Notes: generated from the sequence alone by a model not told the origin. A DNA stretch of 63,389 nucleotides, filler included, from Octopus bimaculoides (GCF_001194135.2; 6 parts of 5 records of this genome joined end to end with filler, not necessarily neighbours in it), one strand, 5' to 3'; positions 12,906 through 25,485 are shown, numbered from the whole stretch's first letter. Numbers and translations are program-made.

Positions 12906-14510
12906 AATATATTGGGATCGATACAATCAACAATATGTCTAGACATTATAAACATAGACATAAAAGAAAGACAAATCCACTGGACGAGACACTAAACTAC
13001 CATAGCTATTGCTTGTTAGGCAATCATGCAACTGATTCCATGACAGAACGTCTCTCATTCATTATTAAATCACTATAATTTGTCTCTCTTATTTTAACTA
13101 TACTATAATGATGATTCGTTGGTTTCTTACCGCTAGTAGGATCGGCTATTCTACAAATGTTTTGCATAACGAAGTCTTCCTCCTCAGATCGACGTTTGTA
13201 ACTAGTAACGTCCTACCATGAACGAACTGTTAAGATTCTATATATAAATGATATATTAAATGATACACATTGTTAACACTAACTGGTTACAGAATAGAAA
13301 AAGAGACCAGCTGAAAGCCGGCGCTGTCTGTTTCAAATTGGTGTTTATAATACCTAATATCCATTCACTAAAACCTTAACAGTTCATTTATAGTTTCTAT
13401 AATCTTCCCTACGAATGTTTGAAATTGTGGCTAATCAAAAGAGTCAGTTTTTAATTGAAGTAATTACTTGCTTAATCGGTGGCTCAGAATTGAATCTTTG
13501 GTGCCTCGTCCAGCATAGCTTTCAAGGGACGAGGTACAGGATTTCTGTAATAATTTAACTCCTTATTTGTATGCTTCTTTGTATTTTCCTAATTCGTCTT
13601 CTCTTAATAAAGCATATAAATATGTATTCTGGACTACATTAAAAGAAAACAAAACCAAAAAACAACATCCAACTCAAAGTTCATATACTGGATAACCAAG
13701 CTCTCATTCAGTAAAATATGAACTGTTTCTTCTACAGCTACAGTAATAGTCTTTGTTCCTCTGATCCTACCGAAGGTGTACCTCTTCACTTTAGACTATC
13801 ATGCACCCCCTATTTCTTTTTCCTGTAATACCATGCATCTCTCCTTCCAACATCTTTTTTCCTGTAATACCAAGCATCTACCCTTTCAACATCTCAAAGG
13901 AAAGGTCTCCCTGTATCCGTTTATTCTGCATCACTAAATACCAACCACCACCACCACCACCACCACCACCACCAATATGTCCTAGACAGAAACCTTATCA
14001 GCACCCGTCTGTACCTCACCTCTAAATATCTATATTGATGTGATTAACGCTCATATAAATGGATATTAATTACATCAATCTCATGCATACAGACAAACAA
14101 AAATACCCTGTTGATGTTTAAATTCCAATGAAGGAGCCTTGGATCTAGGTTAGAAACCAGCTCTTTCTTTATTGGCAAGAAATCTTGAAATAAAACTGAA
14201 CAATGACATGCATATATGTATGTGTGTATGTATGTAGAACTCTTTCATGGGGTTTATGCTTTTTTATCTCTATTCTTCCTCCAGTTTATTTTCTATCAGT
14301 TTTGAAATTTTGAAATCCAGATGATATATACATCACGAATTACTCTTAAGCGTGATTCACTACCAAATGTGGGTATGTTATGCAATAATCGTGATGTAAA
14401 TACGTAAATGTAGGGTAGAAATGCAGATCCTCAGAAGAGTATTGTGATTAATTTCACTACTACGCACCAACATAAGGTGGTTGACATATATAAACATATA
14501 TAATCATGTA

Positions 14511-14547
<37 letters not shown>

Positions 14548-14704
14548 NNNNNNNNNNNNNNNNNNNNNNNNNNNNNNNNNNNNNNNNNNNNNNNNNNNNN
14601 NNNNNNNNNNNNNNNNNNNNNNNNNNNNNNNNNNNNNNNNNNNNNNNNNNNNNNNNNNNNNNNNNNNNNNNNNNNNNNNNNNNNNNTATATATATTTAAC
14701 CAAT

Positions 14705-15420
14705 GGTTAAAAAATGTGGACGTCCAAACTGTGGAACATACCCCAACCTACTGGAAGGCTCGGAATTCCTATTCAAACAAGGAGAGAGGTTCACAATTAA
14801 AACCAACTTCATTTGTGCTTCCGAGAATCTAATTTATGTTATAACTTATTCAGGTTGTGTATATAACCTATAGGAATGACAAGTATGGCTCTTAGACGGA
14901 GAACCACACTGCATAAGGAACAGATCCTTTTCCCAAAGTACAGACAGGTTCCTTTGAGTGAACACATAGAAAGATGTGCAGGTAATATCCAACCAAACTT
15001 CGCAGTTTTCCCCATCTACCAGTGCATAGAAACAATTTCTGTACAAGAAGTTTAAATAAAGAAAATTTATTTATGGAAAAATACTGAACACACCTATATA
15101 TGAACGCATAACTAACTTTGGTTTCAGTATATATTTTAATTTATGATCACATACCCACCACTGTACATATTTCATCTCACTACTTTAGCTTTTGAGTTTT
15201 TGTATATTTATTTATATCCCTCCCCCCAAAATGAGCAATAAGGCCCTGCGACCCGAATAATAACGATCACCAATTAACTCCCCTTAGATTTTTCTACTAG
15301 TTAATTCATTCATAAACTTCCATACAAGAACATGGGCTAAAATCTTAAGAAAATACGAAATTACAATAATTTCAGACATGATTAGCGAAAGTGAAACCGG
15401 TTGTCAAACACAATACTCTT
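14705..15420 (+). mobile_element. Penelope-like element 3' fragment: GIY-YIG endonuclease plus trailer
   Basis: KCGRPNCG...NFICASENLIYVITYSGC / IGMTSMALRRRTTLHKEQI...SEHIERC...FPIY; trailer ends in a hammerhead relic. Confidence 0.85.
15375..15405 (+). ncRNA. Minimal type I hammerhead relic
   Basis: GAC-ATGATTA-GC-GAAA-GT-GAAA-CCGG-TT-GTC. Two core substitutions (C3, G8); palindrome ACCGGT; stem I GAC/GTC; lies in the PLE trailer. Confidence 0.6.
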
Positions 15421-15732
15421 TTACTTATAAAATATATTTAAAAATATATCAAAGCTCGTAAACTGTGTACATTTTCTTTTTTTTTCTTTTATATATATAT
15501 TTCTTGTATTACAACTTACCTCGTGCGAATAATCGAAATTCTCCTCCTCCCTTTTCTTACTACACACACACACATGTATGTATGTGCACACAGTTTTTCT
15601 AGAAGCTCAACGTTTCATACATCTAGTATGTTGTCTGAAGTCTGGTCAGTTAGTTTTTCACTGATTCATATTTTGTTACACAAACTTGAAAGGGATTCTA
15701 TGAGTTTAAAAAAAAAAAATTAAGAGTGAAGA

Positions 15733-15990
15733 CGCGTGCCTAGTGGTTAAGAAGTTGCACTCACAATTTCAAGATTGCGATTTCGATTACCGGAACGGGT
15801 GGTGAGTAACGATCTTGAGAAAAACACTACATTTTACGCTACTCCAGTCCACTCGGCTGGAAATGTGTCACCCTGTGTCGAACTGGACTCCCGTTTAGAG
15901 GGAATGTTCTAACCTCGGTCTCTTATATGGCATGGAAACCAGGTAACCGGCCCCATGACTCCTAGTACTTGAAGACAGGAATGTCGAGGG
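15733..15990 (+). mobile_element. tRNA-derived SINE with CORE-like central domain
   Basis: tRNA-like head (CCTAGTGGTTAAG) and CTCCAGTCCACTCGGCTGG domain shared with 19763-20085. Confidence 0.7.
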
Positions 15991-17161
15991 GACCTACCCT
16001 TTATTAAGGACAGATGTGAGAAAGACAAAGCGGGATAGGGTCATAGCAATGCCTTTCAAGGCTGCAGCATCTTCATACCGAGACTGAGTTGCAATCACAA
16101 TTCTTTGGGAGTTGACTACTTGTATGTCACAAAACAGAAATGCAGGGGAGTCTTCTTGACAGGTAATTAAAACTAGGCGTGGCTGCGTGGTAAGTCAATA
16201 GCTTTAACCGCCCCCCCCCCCAGAAAAANNNNNNNNNNNNNNNNNNNNNNNNNNNNNNNNNNNNNNNNNNNNNNNNNNNNNNNNNNNNNNNNNNNNNNNN
16301 NNNNNNNNNNNNNNNNNNNNNNNNNNNNCCAATTATTTTTGCTGGTAGTTAATTTATAATATATTGATATATATATATGCAAGACATATACTGTAAAATC
16401 AATATTATGGAGTCCCTATCCCAAAACCATGTTCATTTTAAATGCGAGTAAATCAACTTAAATCAAACATTACTGAACATTTCTTTAATTCCGCATTCGA
16501 TGATCTTCGATGGCCGTCGTTCAAGAACTATGTATATTCCTGTAATCAAATTTAATCTTTTGCCTAACCAAAGCAATTTCATAAATTGTTCTAAACGTCC
16601 TTGCTTGTTTTAAGACTTTTAGTTAGCTTTTATTTCATATGTTCTGAAGAATATAAAGTTTCCTTTGATAAGTCCCAAGTTACTCTAGCGGTTGAAACAA
16701 ATTGAGAAAGTATATTTTACATGTTGCATGAACACCAAAGAAATATGTCCTGTATTTTTCATGCAATAATTCACAGTACAGGCTAACCGTTAAGTACATT
16801 TATATTCATTTTATTTTTAAAGACATCTTCAATAAACATTGCGTAGTATTGGTTTGAGAATGTTCAGTTTTGCTGTGGAATATATAGTTTTGTCCAAAAG
16901 GATCCTTATTTTAATTAATTGCTTCAATTATTTTACTCCTAAAATGATAAAAAAAATTTTGTTTGCTAAGATGAAAATAAAATGGCATCGGCATACAACA
17001 AACACAACTGGAAACAATAAAGTCTGGCCCACTTTTTATATAGTGATCGTTTTTTTCATTCTGCTCTTTTCATTTTGATCCCGTTTCTTGCTACCGAAAT
17101 ATGTTGCCGTCGAGATCGTACATGATCCTAATTTTTATGCAAGACTTTCTTTGAGAACACC

Positions 17162-17353
17162 AACATAAATTTATGTTTTAGGGTTTCGCCCATCGCTGGA
17201 GAAAACTGGAAGAGTTTTTAGAAAATAGGTGGTGTAAGATTAACAAAAGAAGAAAAGAAAAACACAGTAATGACCACATTGTTAACAGAATTCAAAAGCA
17301 GAGTCAGAAAAAGTACCTCCGAAGCCATATGCCAGGCCCTCAACAAACTGTAG
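17162..17353 (+). pseudogene. Death-domain-like coding remnant with one frame disruption
   Basis: GFAHRWRKLEEFLE, then a 1-nt shift in an A run, then IGGVRLTKEEKKNTVMTTLLTEFKSRVRKSTSEAICQALNKL*. Fits WxxLxxxL ... LL..W/F.....T...L..AL..I by eye only. Confidence 0.35.
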
Positions 17354-17502
17354 ATGTAACTATGGTGACACTCAATGAGGGAATGAGCCCTATGTAAGGA
17401 CTTGGGGTTTCACACTGGTGCAACTGACAGAAAAATGCAGGTGGGAGGTTCCAAATGTTTATAATTGTTTCTCTCTCTTTCACACTCACTCTCCTCTCGC
17501 TG

Positions 17503-17563
<61 letters not shown>

Positions 17564-18044
17564 NNNNNNNNNNNNNNNNNNNNNNNNNNNNNNNNNNNNN
17601 NNNNNNNNNNNNNNNNNNNNNNNNNNNNNNNNNNNNNNNNNNNNNNNNNNNNNNNNNNNNNNNNNNNNNNNNNNNNNNNNNNNNNNNNNNNNNNNNNNNN
17701 NNNNNNNNNNNNNNNNNNNNNNNNNNNNNNNNNNNNNNNNNNNNNNNNNNNNNNNNNNNNNNNNNNNNNNNNNNNNNNNNNNNNNNNNNNNNNNNNNNNN
17801 NNNNNNNNNNNNNNNNNNNNNNNNNNNNNNNNNNNNNNNNNNNNNNNNNNNNNNNNNNNNNNNNNNNNNNNNNNNNNNNNNNNNNNNNNNNNNNNNNNNN
17901 NNNNNNNNNNNNNNNNNNNNNNNNNNNNNNNNNNNNNNNATTATGCATGTGCGTATATACATATATATACAAGAAAAGAGAAAAAGAGAGATCTACAACA
18001 TACATATACATTATGTATTAAAAGGTTAGATTTTTATCTCTCTA

Positions 18045-18166
18045 TCCTGAAGATGGAGGCCGAATCTACCCAATGTCTATATGCTTCCATTACTGGTTGC
18101 ATATCTTTGTTAACTACATCTGCCAACATTATGAAGTAACTCCGAGCCTCCAGAAACAGCTGTCGA
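18045..18166 (+). ncRNA. Type I hammerhead ribozyme, intact core, 85-nt stem II insert
   Basis: CTGAAGA(18047-53)-TGGAGGC-[85 nt]-GCCTCCA-GAAA-C-AGCT-GTC(18162-64). Perfect 7-bp stem II; stem I only 2 bp in cis. Confidence 0.75.
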
Positions 18167-18505
18167 ACTTAAAAACCCAAATTTTCAATGTCTTTGTACT
18201 CTGTGTAATTTTGCTCTGTTAATATATAAATATCTATATATTTATACTTGAGTATTTGTCGACTGAAAATTTTCAGTCTTTGCGTTCTCTCTATTTACAT
18301 GTATGTATATTTACACGTATGTATATTTTGTATATCCCACCCAAGCAGTTTTATCTATTATGCACACAGGAACGCACGCACGCACATACACACATACACA
18401 CACAAACTTATATATTACGTATGTGTGTATACAAATATGCACAGAGTGAGAAAGAGAAGAGAGAGATATACAACACATATATTATGTATTATGCGCACAA
18501 GCGCG

Positions 18506-18543
<38 letters not shown>

Positions 18544-18659
18544 NNNNNNNNNNNNNNNNNNNNNNNNNNNNNNNNNNNNNNNNNNNNTTAATTAATTAAN
18601 NNNNNNNNNNNNNNNNNNNNNNNNNNNNNNNNNNNNNNNNNNNTAACGTTTGTTGTTTG

Positions 18660-18830
18660 TATTTAACTTTCAATTTTTCGTTGATTATGGAATTTACAGG
18701 TAGGATTGAGCCACTTTTTTGGAATTCATCTTTGAAGGATATCCCCATACCATCTAGAAAGGAATATGTGATAGTGGATTTTCATCGATGAGTTCTTGAA
18801 AATTGGTTATTTTCCCTAAAACTATATATA
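18660..18830 (-). mobile_element. Possible Penelope RT fragment
   Basis: Minus frames give ENPLSHIPF / SFLDGM, resembling the PLE (L/I)PFLDV motif; short and degenerate. Confidence 0.35.
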
Positions 18831-18960
18831 TTTTATATATACTTTATCTATAAGGCTCAATTTAATTTTAATTTTTTATAAATTGATTTTAATTGAGTTC
18901 TTTACCTGTAATTTTGGATTTTGTCCCTAATAATATTATTATTATATATATATATATATA

Positions 18961-19164
18961 TGTCCACAAAGTCTGGCTAAATGGAGTAAATAAAATCATA
19001 GCATAAACAATTAAATATAAGGAAATAAGGAATAATAATTTCTTAAAGTATGTGTTAATCCTCATGTGGGTACATGGAGTAAATAAAATCATTAAATATA
19101 AGAAATAATAATTTCTTAAACTATGTGTTAATCCCATGTACCCAGACTTTGTGGACACCCTGTA
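18961..19164. mobile_element. Tc1/mariner-type MITE with internal tandem duplication
   Basis: GTCCACAAAGTCTGG ... CCAGACTTTGTGGACACCCTGTA inverted ends; internal segment starting TGGAGTAAATAAAATCAT occurs twice. Confidence 0.8.
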
Positions 19165-19762
19165 TAATAAAGCAGAAATCATGATCTATAGAAACGCATG
19201 TCTCTTGAGGTTTATTGGAACCTTGCAAACCTTTTGTCAAATGGAACGAGTTGAGGACTCAGTTTGCTCGAGTGCTTGTAGATCATTTAATACGCGTTCT
19301 CTTGAGTGGACGGCAAGGCCTGCTTTGTTCCGCGTCACAAAACCACACCTCGTTATCTTACTTATGCCACAGTTTAATTATTGTAGAATGTCTACTTGGG
19401 TATTTTGAGGGAACCTAACAAAAAGACACCCAAAATTGAAACAAAAAAAGGATGTTGAGTTTTGTCCAGGTGAGTTTATATTGAATGCCACTACCCATAA
19501 CCAAGTAGATTATACATCAATGCCATTGTTATTTAATACTGCTATCGGTCCAGGAGAAATATATCTAATCAGGTATATTCAACTTATCATGCTGTTATGC
19601 CTAGATTCCTGAAAATAGTGCGGAAACATCTCCAAGATTTTGTTCCTGGCAAGCCTCAACTTAATTATTGTGATTAAGCAACACAGAACTGGTCGCCTCC
19701 AAGCTGTGAAGAATTACACGAGTGTTTGAAAGGACAGCCATCAAAATCTCATCTTTACGTCG

Positions 19763-20085
19763 ATGACACTACGTCGGTTCTGACGACGAGTATTCCAGTT
19801 GATACGATCAACCGAACAGCCTGCTCACGAAATTAAAACGTGCAAGCGGCTGAGCACTCTACAGACTCGCGCACCCTTAACTTTGTTCTTAGGGAGATTC
19901 AGCGTGACACAGAATGTCACAAGGTTAGCCCCCTTGAAATGCAAGTACGACTCATTTTTTCCAGCTGAGTGAACTGGAGTAGAATGAAATAAAGTGTCAT
20001 GCTCAATGATACAACACACCACCGAAAATCGAACTCACGACCTTTCGACCATGAGCCGAATATCCTAACCACTAAGCCACGCGCC
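19763..20085 (-). mobile_element. Near full-length tRNA-derived SINE with CORE-like domain
   Basis: Minus strand TGGCTTAGTGG A box, GAGTTCGATT B box, CTCCAGTTCACTCAGCTGG central domain and family tail. Confidence 0.85.
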
Positions 20086-20769
20086 TGCACCATACTTACA
20101 TATAGTCTCATAAAAGACAAGACTTATCTAAAGTATTCCCTTTCCTTCTTAACCCTTTTGTTTGCATGTATCTTTTGAAACCCACTGCGTTTGTTTCAAT
20201 TAATTTTGAAAATAATGAAGAATTTGCTAAAATAACATGTAACTGTTACGTGAATGTAATACATGAATGTTGACCAATTAATTTGTACGTTAACAAATAG
20301 CGTCCTGAACCACATTCCTCCTTTAAACACAAACTGTTTTTATAACAACCAGAATAAGTACAATTCATGACACAACAATTTACACTACACACTTTTGAAA
20401 ATCTAATGTGAAACCAGTCAAGTGTATCTATTCTCATTTATTCTGTGTACATTTTCTTCTCTTCCTTTGTTTGTATGGATTAATAACAATATNNNNNNNN
20501 NNNNNNNNNNNNNNNNNNNNNNNNNNNNNNNNNNNNNNNNNNNNNNNNNNNNNNNNNNNNNNNNNNNNNNNNNNNNNNNNNNNNNNNNNNNNNNNNNNNN
20601 NNNNNNNNNTATATATATATATATATTTAGTTATTTATCTGCAGTTCAGCGTGAGTATTCTATAAGAACAGACGATATTGCTGTTTTAACCCCAGAAGGA
20701 CGCCTCCTCCAGTTGGTTATTCAGTGCGCTTCGCACTCGATACATATTACAAGCGGCATTTCCTCCATC

Positions 20770-20925
20770 TTTATGTCCTAAGTTCAAATTCCGCCGACAC
20801 TGACTTCGCCTTAGATCCTATCGGGGACGAGAAAATAAGTACCAGTTGAGCACTATGGATGATGTAATTGATTTACCCTCTTCTTCGAACTAGCTGGCCT
20901 TGTACCAAAATTTTAAACCAATATT
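20770..20925 (+). mobile_element. Partial SINE (GGCGGCGAGCTGG family)
   Basis: AGTTCAAATTCCGCCGA...AAGTACCAGTTGAGCAC matches 43612-43826. Confidence 0.75.
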
Positions 20926-22149
20926 AGTCAAATTTCTTCAAATCGCTCCTTCTAGTCTTAAATATATTATATAAATAAAGAAAGCATTAGATAATGTAGT
21001 CGTACTTGCTTGTATGGTAACTACTGGAATGCCTTTAATCATAAATTTGTTCGATCAGGTCAAATTGATATGTAAGATGGAATTAATTTGAGAAACGAAG
21101 ACAACAGCTTCAATTCTAAATTCTCTCATCATTAGATGTTAGGTCTTCCAGGTCTTCTAAGTCTTCTCTACAGCTATGAAGCATAGAGAGACTGGAGTAA
21201 AGAAAAATAATGCATTCAATTAACCACTCTACCGTTTCTGCTATTGCACTGCATTTTGCTAACTTGTAATCCATAACTAAAATAGCAATTACTCACAAGC
21301 GAATAAAACTTGATAACATGTAACATGTTTTCGCTAACTGATATAGATACCCATCTAGCCACCAGCATAGAAACCCTTTCGGCCTTCCTATACTTGACAT
21401 AGCAAAACGTCCATAATGTAATAACTGGAAGGAGTTAGGGTTATATCAGCTTAATAGGCTGAGGCAGCCTGGAATAAAGTACCTTGCTCAAGGACACAAA
21501 GCGCCAGCTAGTTCAGCTATATCATCATAATATCTAATTATATTGTAATCAGTACTGGATATAGGCATAAAATAAACAAATTATAGTTTAGAACTTCACA
21601 ATCCACAAAGGCTTCAATATAATCAAACGAAATATTCTTGTGTAACCATCTGGTGTAAGTTTTTAGCAAGTGGCTTCCAAACTTTATATAAATTTCATGA
21701 TGGCATTAGCCACTTTTTCAAGAAGTGGGATGCATGAGACATGCCTCTTCATCATTTTTTTGTTAGGCATGCCATTCAGAAAGTCCCGCGGATCGCGGTT
21801 GGTCTTACCGAGTCTAAATCCGGTTCTGATTGAAGTGACAAGACATTAAAGGAACTTCTACGTAGTCGCCTGCCATGTTTAACGAAACCTTTTATTTTAA
21901 AGTGTCCAAATGACATTTGAACGATTCTTTAAAGCTGATCTGCTATCTTGTGTAGAGGGCGTGCTTCATCAGCAATGTTGGCTAGGGATACTATACAACG
22001 ACAAAAACTAGAATAATTACTTTCACCGACACAACAACAGCAACAACAACAGAGATTTTCTTCACTGTCGATCGTAAAATGTTATTTTAGTCTTCACTTT
22101 AAAAGGGCACCAGAGAGTGCCCTTCTAAGGTTTACTGTTTCAGATCTAA

Positions 22150-22420
22150 CCAAGATTGGAACTGAAGAGTACACTTTTTTCATTCAAATTTGCTGTCAGA
22201 CCAAAATAGATCCATAGAGGTCATCAGATATCTTACATGATCCATGTCTACAGAGGTCACCAGTGCCATGCCATTTGTAGTGACTGTCTTCATTTGTCTT
22301 AATTACAAACTTATTCCACATCTTGCACTGCTAAAGTTCCTGACAGTGTATCAACGCCATACAATCACGTTCAGCTTGTACCTATGAACTTTTATGACTA
22401 TGTAAAAAATCAAATCAATA
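22150..22420 (-). mobile_element. RTE-type LINE endonuclease fragment
   Basis: Minus frames KVHRYKLNVI and NGMALV resemble the RTE APE N-terminus; degenerate. Confidence 0.4.
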
Positions 22421-22625
22421 ATATTTGTTTGGACTAGACACTAGATCGTTTAAAATAATCGATATGATATACCTCAGTATCTTATTGATCTTCATTTCAT
22501 TGGTAAGCAGCAGCACCAACACCAGGAGCAGCACCGGCAGCACCAAGAGCAGCTGCAGTAGCAAAAAAGTTGGTATGTGTGCGTTTCTCAACGTGAATAT
22601 GTATGTGACGCATGGGAGAAACTCA

Positions 22626-22719
<94 letters not shown>

Positions 22720-23221
22720 GGCACATACAGATGAGCGCGTGAGGTCGGTTAATGAAATTTAAATATGTTGTCAATGCAACGGGTGAGGAATATGCCGAGT
22801 TTTAAAATGTGATTTCGTTCACGAAGTTCTCTCCATGACAGTCGAATAAGCAGAAGGCAAAGAGGTGATGATAGTGGTGGTGGTGGTGATGGTGCTGCTG
22901 CTGATTCAGGTGATGACGAGGGTGGTAGCATGGCAGTTGGAGAAGTCTGACGGGTTAAAATTGCGGGACACAAATTTTGGGAAGACAACGCTTTGTAGAA
23001 CAGTCTGTCGACTATCAGCCAGTTTCACCTATATACAATGTATTACGAAGTTGGTATTTAATGCGTATATGTCACTACAAGTACATGTATGTCATAGTAG
23101 CCGTTGATGGAATTATACTTTATGTCTGGGAGAATGTACGAAAAAAAAACAACAACAGACGAGGACAGGTGGTGTAAACAACAAAAGGATGTATTAGTTT
23201 GACGCTCGGGAAAACAGAAAG

Positions 23222-23258
23222 TCTTCAACGTTTCGAGCTACGCTCTTCAACAGAAAGA
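23222..23258 (-). ncRNA. Minimal type I hammerhead (A6 substituted)
   Basis: TCTTT-CTGTTGA-A-GAGC-GTA-GCTC-GAAA-CG-TT-GAAGA. 5-bp stem I, 4-bp stem II, ACGT palindrome. Confidence 0.65.
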
Positions 23259-23407
23259 ATACAGAGAAAACAAGGAGAAAATCAAGGAGTAAAAAAATTG
23301 AATGGTGTTTGGTCAGCGATTATGTATACCTACATCAACCGCATCTACACGCGCACAAAGACACACAGAGAATATATATGTAAATGTGTATATATATATA
23401 TATATAT

Positions 23408-24040
23408 ACTAGCTGGCGTACCCAGTAATTCCCAGGAAAACGGGACTTATCCCTTTGTTTCGTTCTCATAATTGTTTCGCTAATCCAATAACAACAATAC
23501 AAAGTATGTAGCCCTTAAAACGCTTTTTTGTGCATTTACGGAGAATACCAAACTGTCTTACACAAGATCTTGTTTTTAGGAGTTCCCAACAAGTTATGAA
23601 TGCCCAAATTATGAAGTCAGTTATGTAATAATATTAGTTACCCGATAGCAAGAATTCAAATAAAGTAGCCCCGAAAAGGGCATTAATGCGTTCCCAGAGT
23701 CTATAGAACATAGGAGGAAATACTAATAAGGTATGTATACTAAAATCGTGAAACATGCTACATAATAACAAGCTAATCAGATATGAAATGATAACAATCC
23801 AAAGTAAATAACTCTGAAAAGGGCCTTTGTGCGTTCCCAGAGAATATTATCCTCAGGGACGCTAGTGTTGGTATATTCGTGAATAAGTCACAAACCTAAA
23901 TAAGTGGATCTATTATTTAGGAAAATATTATTTACTTGTTTAAGTGTTGTACTGGATAAATTGCGAAAATAACTCTGACAATTCAAATACTAAGAAATAA
24001 GCATACTCAATTTGATTTATACCAAATAATTTAGGAAAAT
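23408..24040 (+). mobile_element. Probable non-autonomous Helitron/Helentron-like repeat
   Basis: Begins ACTAGC in a TA run, like 26558; internal repeats AAAAGGGC...TGCGTTCCCAGAG. 3' boundary uncertain. Confidence 0.45.
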
Positions 24041-24079
24041 GAATGGCTTATTTCCCTTGGCTAGTTTCATCAAAATCGA

Positions 24080-24205
24080 TAAAACTATGTTCAATCCCAC
24101 TACGAGGCACCTTCGTGTCTTCTACTATAGCCTTGGGCTGATCAAAGCCTTGTGAGTGGATTCGGCAGACGACAGCTGAAAGAAGCAGCTCGTCGTATAT
24201 ATATA

Positions 24206-24283
<78 letters not shown>

Positions 24284-24470
24284 AGAGAAAGAGAGAGTAC
24301 ATTTGTGTGTTTGTGTTTGTCCCGCCATCTCACCGAACATCGCTTGACAACTAATGCTGTTACATTTACGTCCCTGTAACTTAGCAGTCCGGCAAAAGAC
24401 GCCGATAGAATAATTACTAGGCTTATAAAGAATAAGTCCTGGGAACGATTTGTTTGACTAAAGGCGGTGC
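24080..24470 (+). mobile_element. tRNA-derived SINE with central microsatellite
   Basis: Body and tail match the 59067-59452 copy (GATAGAATAA...CTAGGCTTA...AATAAGTCCTGGG). Confidence 0.85.
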
Positions 24471-25454
24471 TCNNNNNNNNNNNNNNNNNNNNNNNNNNNN
24501 NNNNNNNNNNNNNNNNNNNNNNNNNNNNNNNNNNNNNNNNNNNNNNNNNNNNNNNNNNNNNNNNNNNNNNNNNNNNNNNNNNNNNNNNNNNNNNNNNNNN
24601 NNNNNNNNNNNNNNNNNNNNNNNNNNNNNNNNNNNNNNNNNNNNNNNNNNNNNNNNNNNNNNNNNNNNNNNNNNNNNNNNNNNNNNNNNNNNNNNNNNNN
24701 NNNNNNNNNNNNNNNNNNNNNNNNNNNNNNNNNNNNNNNNNNNNNNNNNNNNNNNNNNNNNNNNNNNNNNNNNNNNNNNNNNNNNNNNNNNNNNNNNNNN
24801 NNNNNNNNNNNNNNNNNNNNNNNNNNNNNNNNNNNNNNNNNNNNNNNNNNNNNNNNNNNNNNNNNNNNNNNNNNNNNNNNNNNNNNNNNNNNNNNNNNNN
24901 NNNNNNNNNNNNNNNNNNNNNNNNNNNNNNNNNNNNNNNNNNNNNNNNNNNNNNNNNNNNNNNNNNNNNNNNNNNNNNNNNNNNNNNNNNNNNNNNNNNN
25001 NNNNNNNNNNNNNNNNNNNNNNNNNNNNNNNNNNNNNNNNNNNNNNNNNNNNNNNNNNNNNNNNNNNNNNNNNNNNNNNNNNNNNNNNNNNNNNNNNNNN
25101 NNNNNNNNNNNNNNNNNNNNNNNNNNNNNNNNNNNNNNNNNNNNNNNNNNNNNNNNNNNNNNNNNNNNNNNNNNNNNNNNNNNNNNNNNNNNNNNNNNNN
25201 NNNNNNNNNNNNNNNNNNNNNNNNNNNNNNNNNNNNNNNNNNNNNNNNNNNNNNNNNNNNNNNNNNNNNNNNNNNNNNNNNNNNNNNNNNNNNNNNNNNN
25301 NNNNNNNNNNNNNNNNNNNNNNNNNNNNNNNNNNNNNNNNNNNNNNNNNNNNNNNNNNNNNNNNNNNNNNNNNNNNNNNNNNNNNNNNNNNNNNNNNNNN
25401 NNNNNNNNNNNNNNNNNNNNNNNNNNNNNNNNNNNNNNNNNNNNNNNNNNNNNN

Positions 25455-25485
<31 letters not shown>

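Noticed and set aside
14325-14352. CAGATGA...CGAAT hammerhead-like string
   Set aside because: Too many core changes; no stem I or III.
18021-18222. Open frames on both strands (YPEDGGRIYP... and RQLFLEARSYF...)
   Set aside because: Coincide with the hammerhead; no strong splice pair and no recognised homology.
19190-19203. GAAACGCATGTC half-motif
   Set aside because: No CUGANGA upstream; the flank is replaced by a MITE.
19250-19360. Minus frame CGFVTRNKAGLAVHSR, zinc-finger-like
   Set aside because: Only one Cys and one His in register; insufficient support.
22103-22124. 8-bp GC-rich hairpin AAGGGCAC/GTGCCCTT
   Set aside because: Isolated; intrinsic terminators are not relevant here and the spacing to CTAA does not fit a Helitron 3' end.
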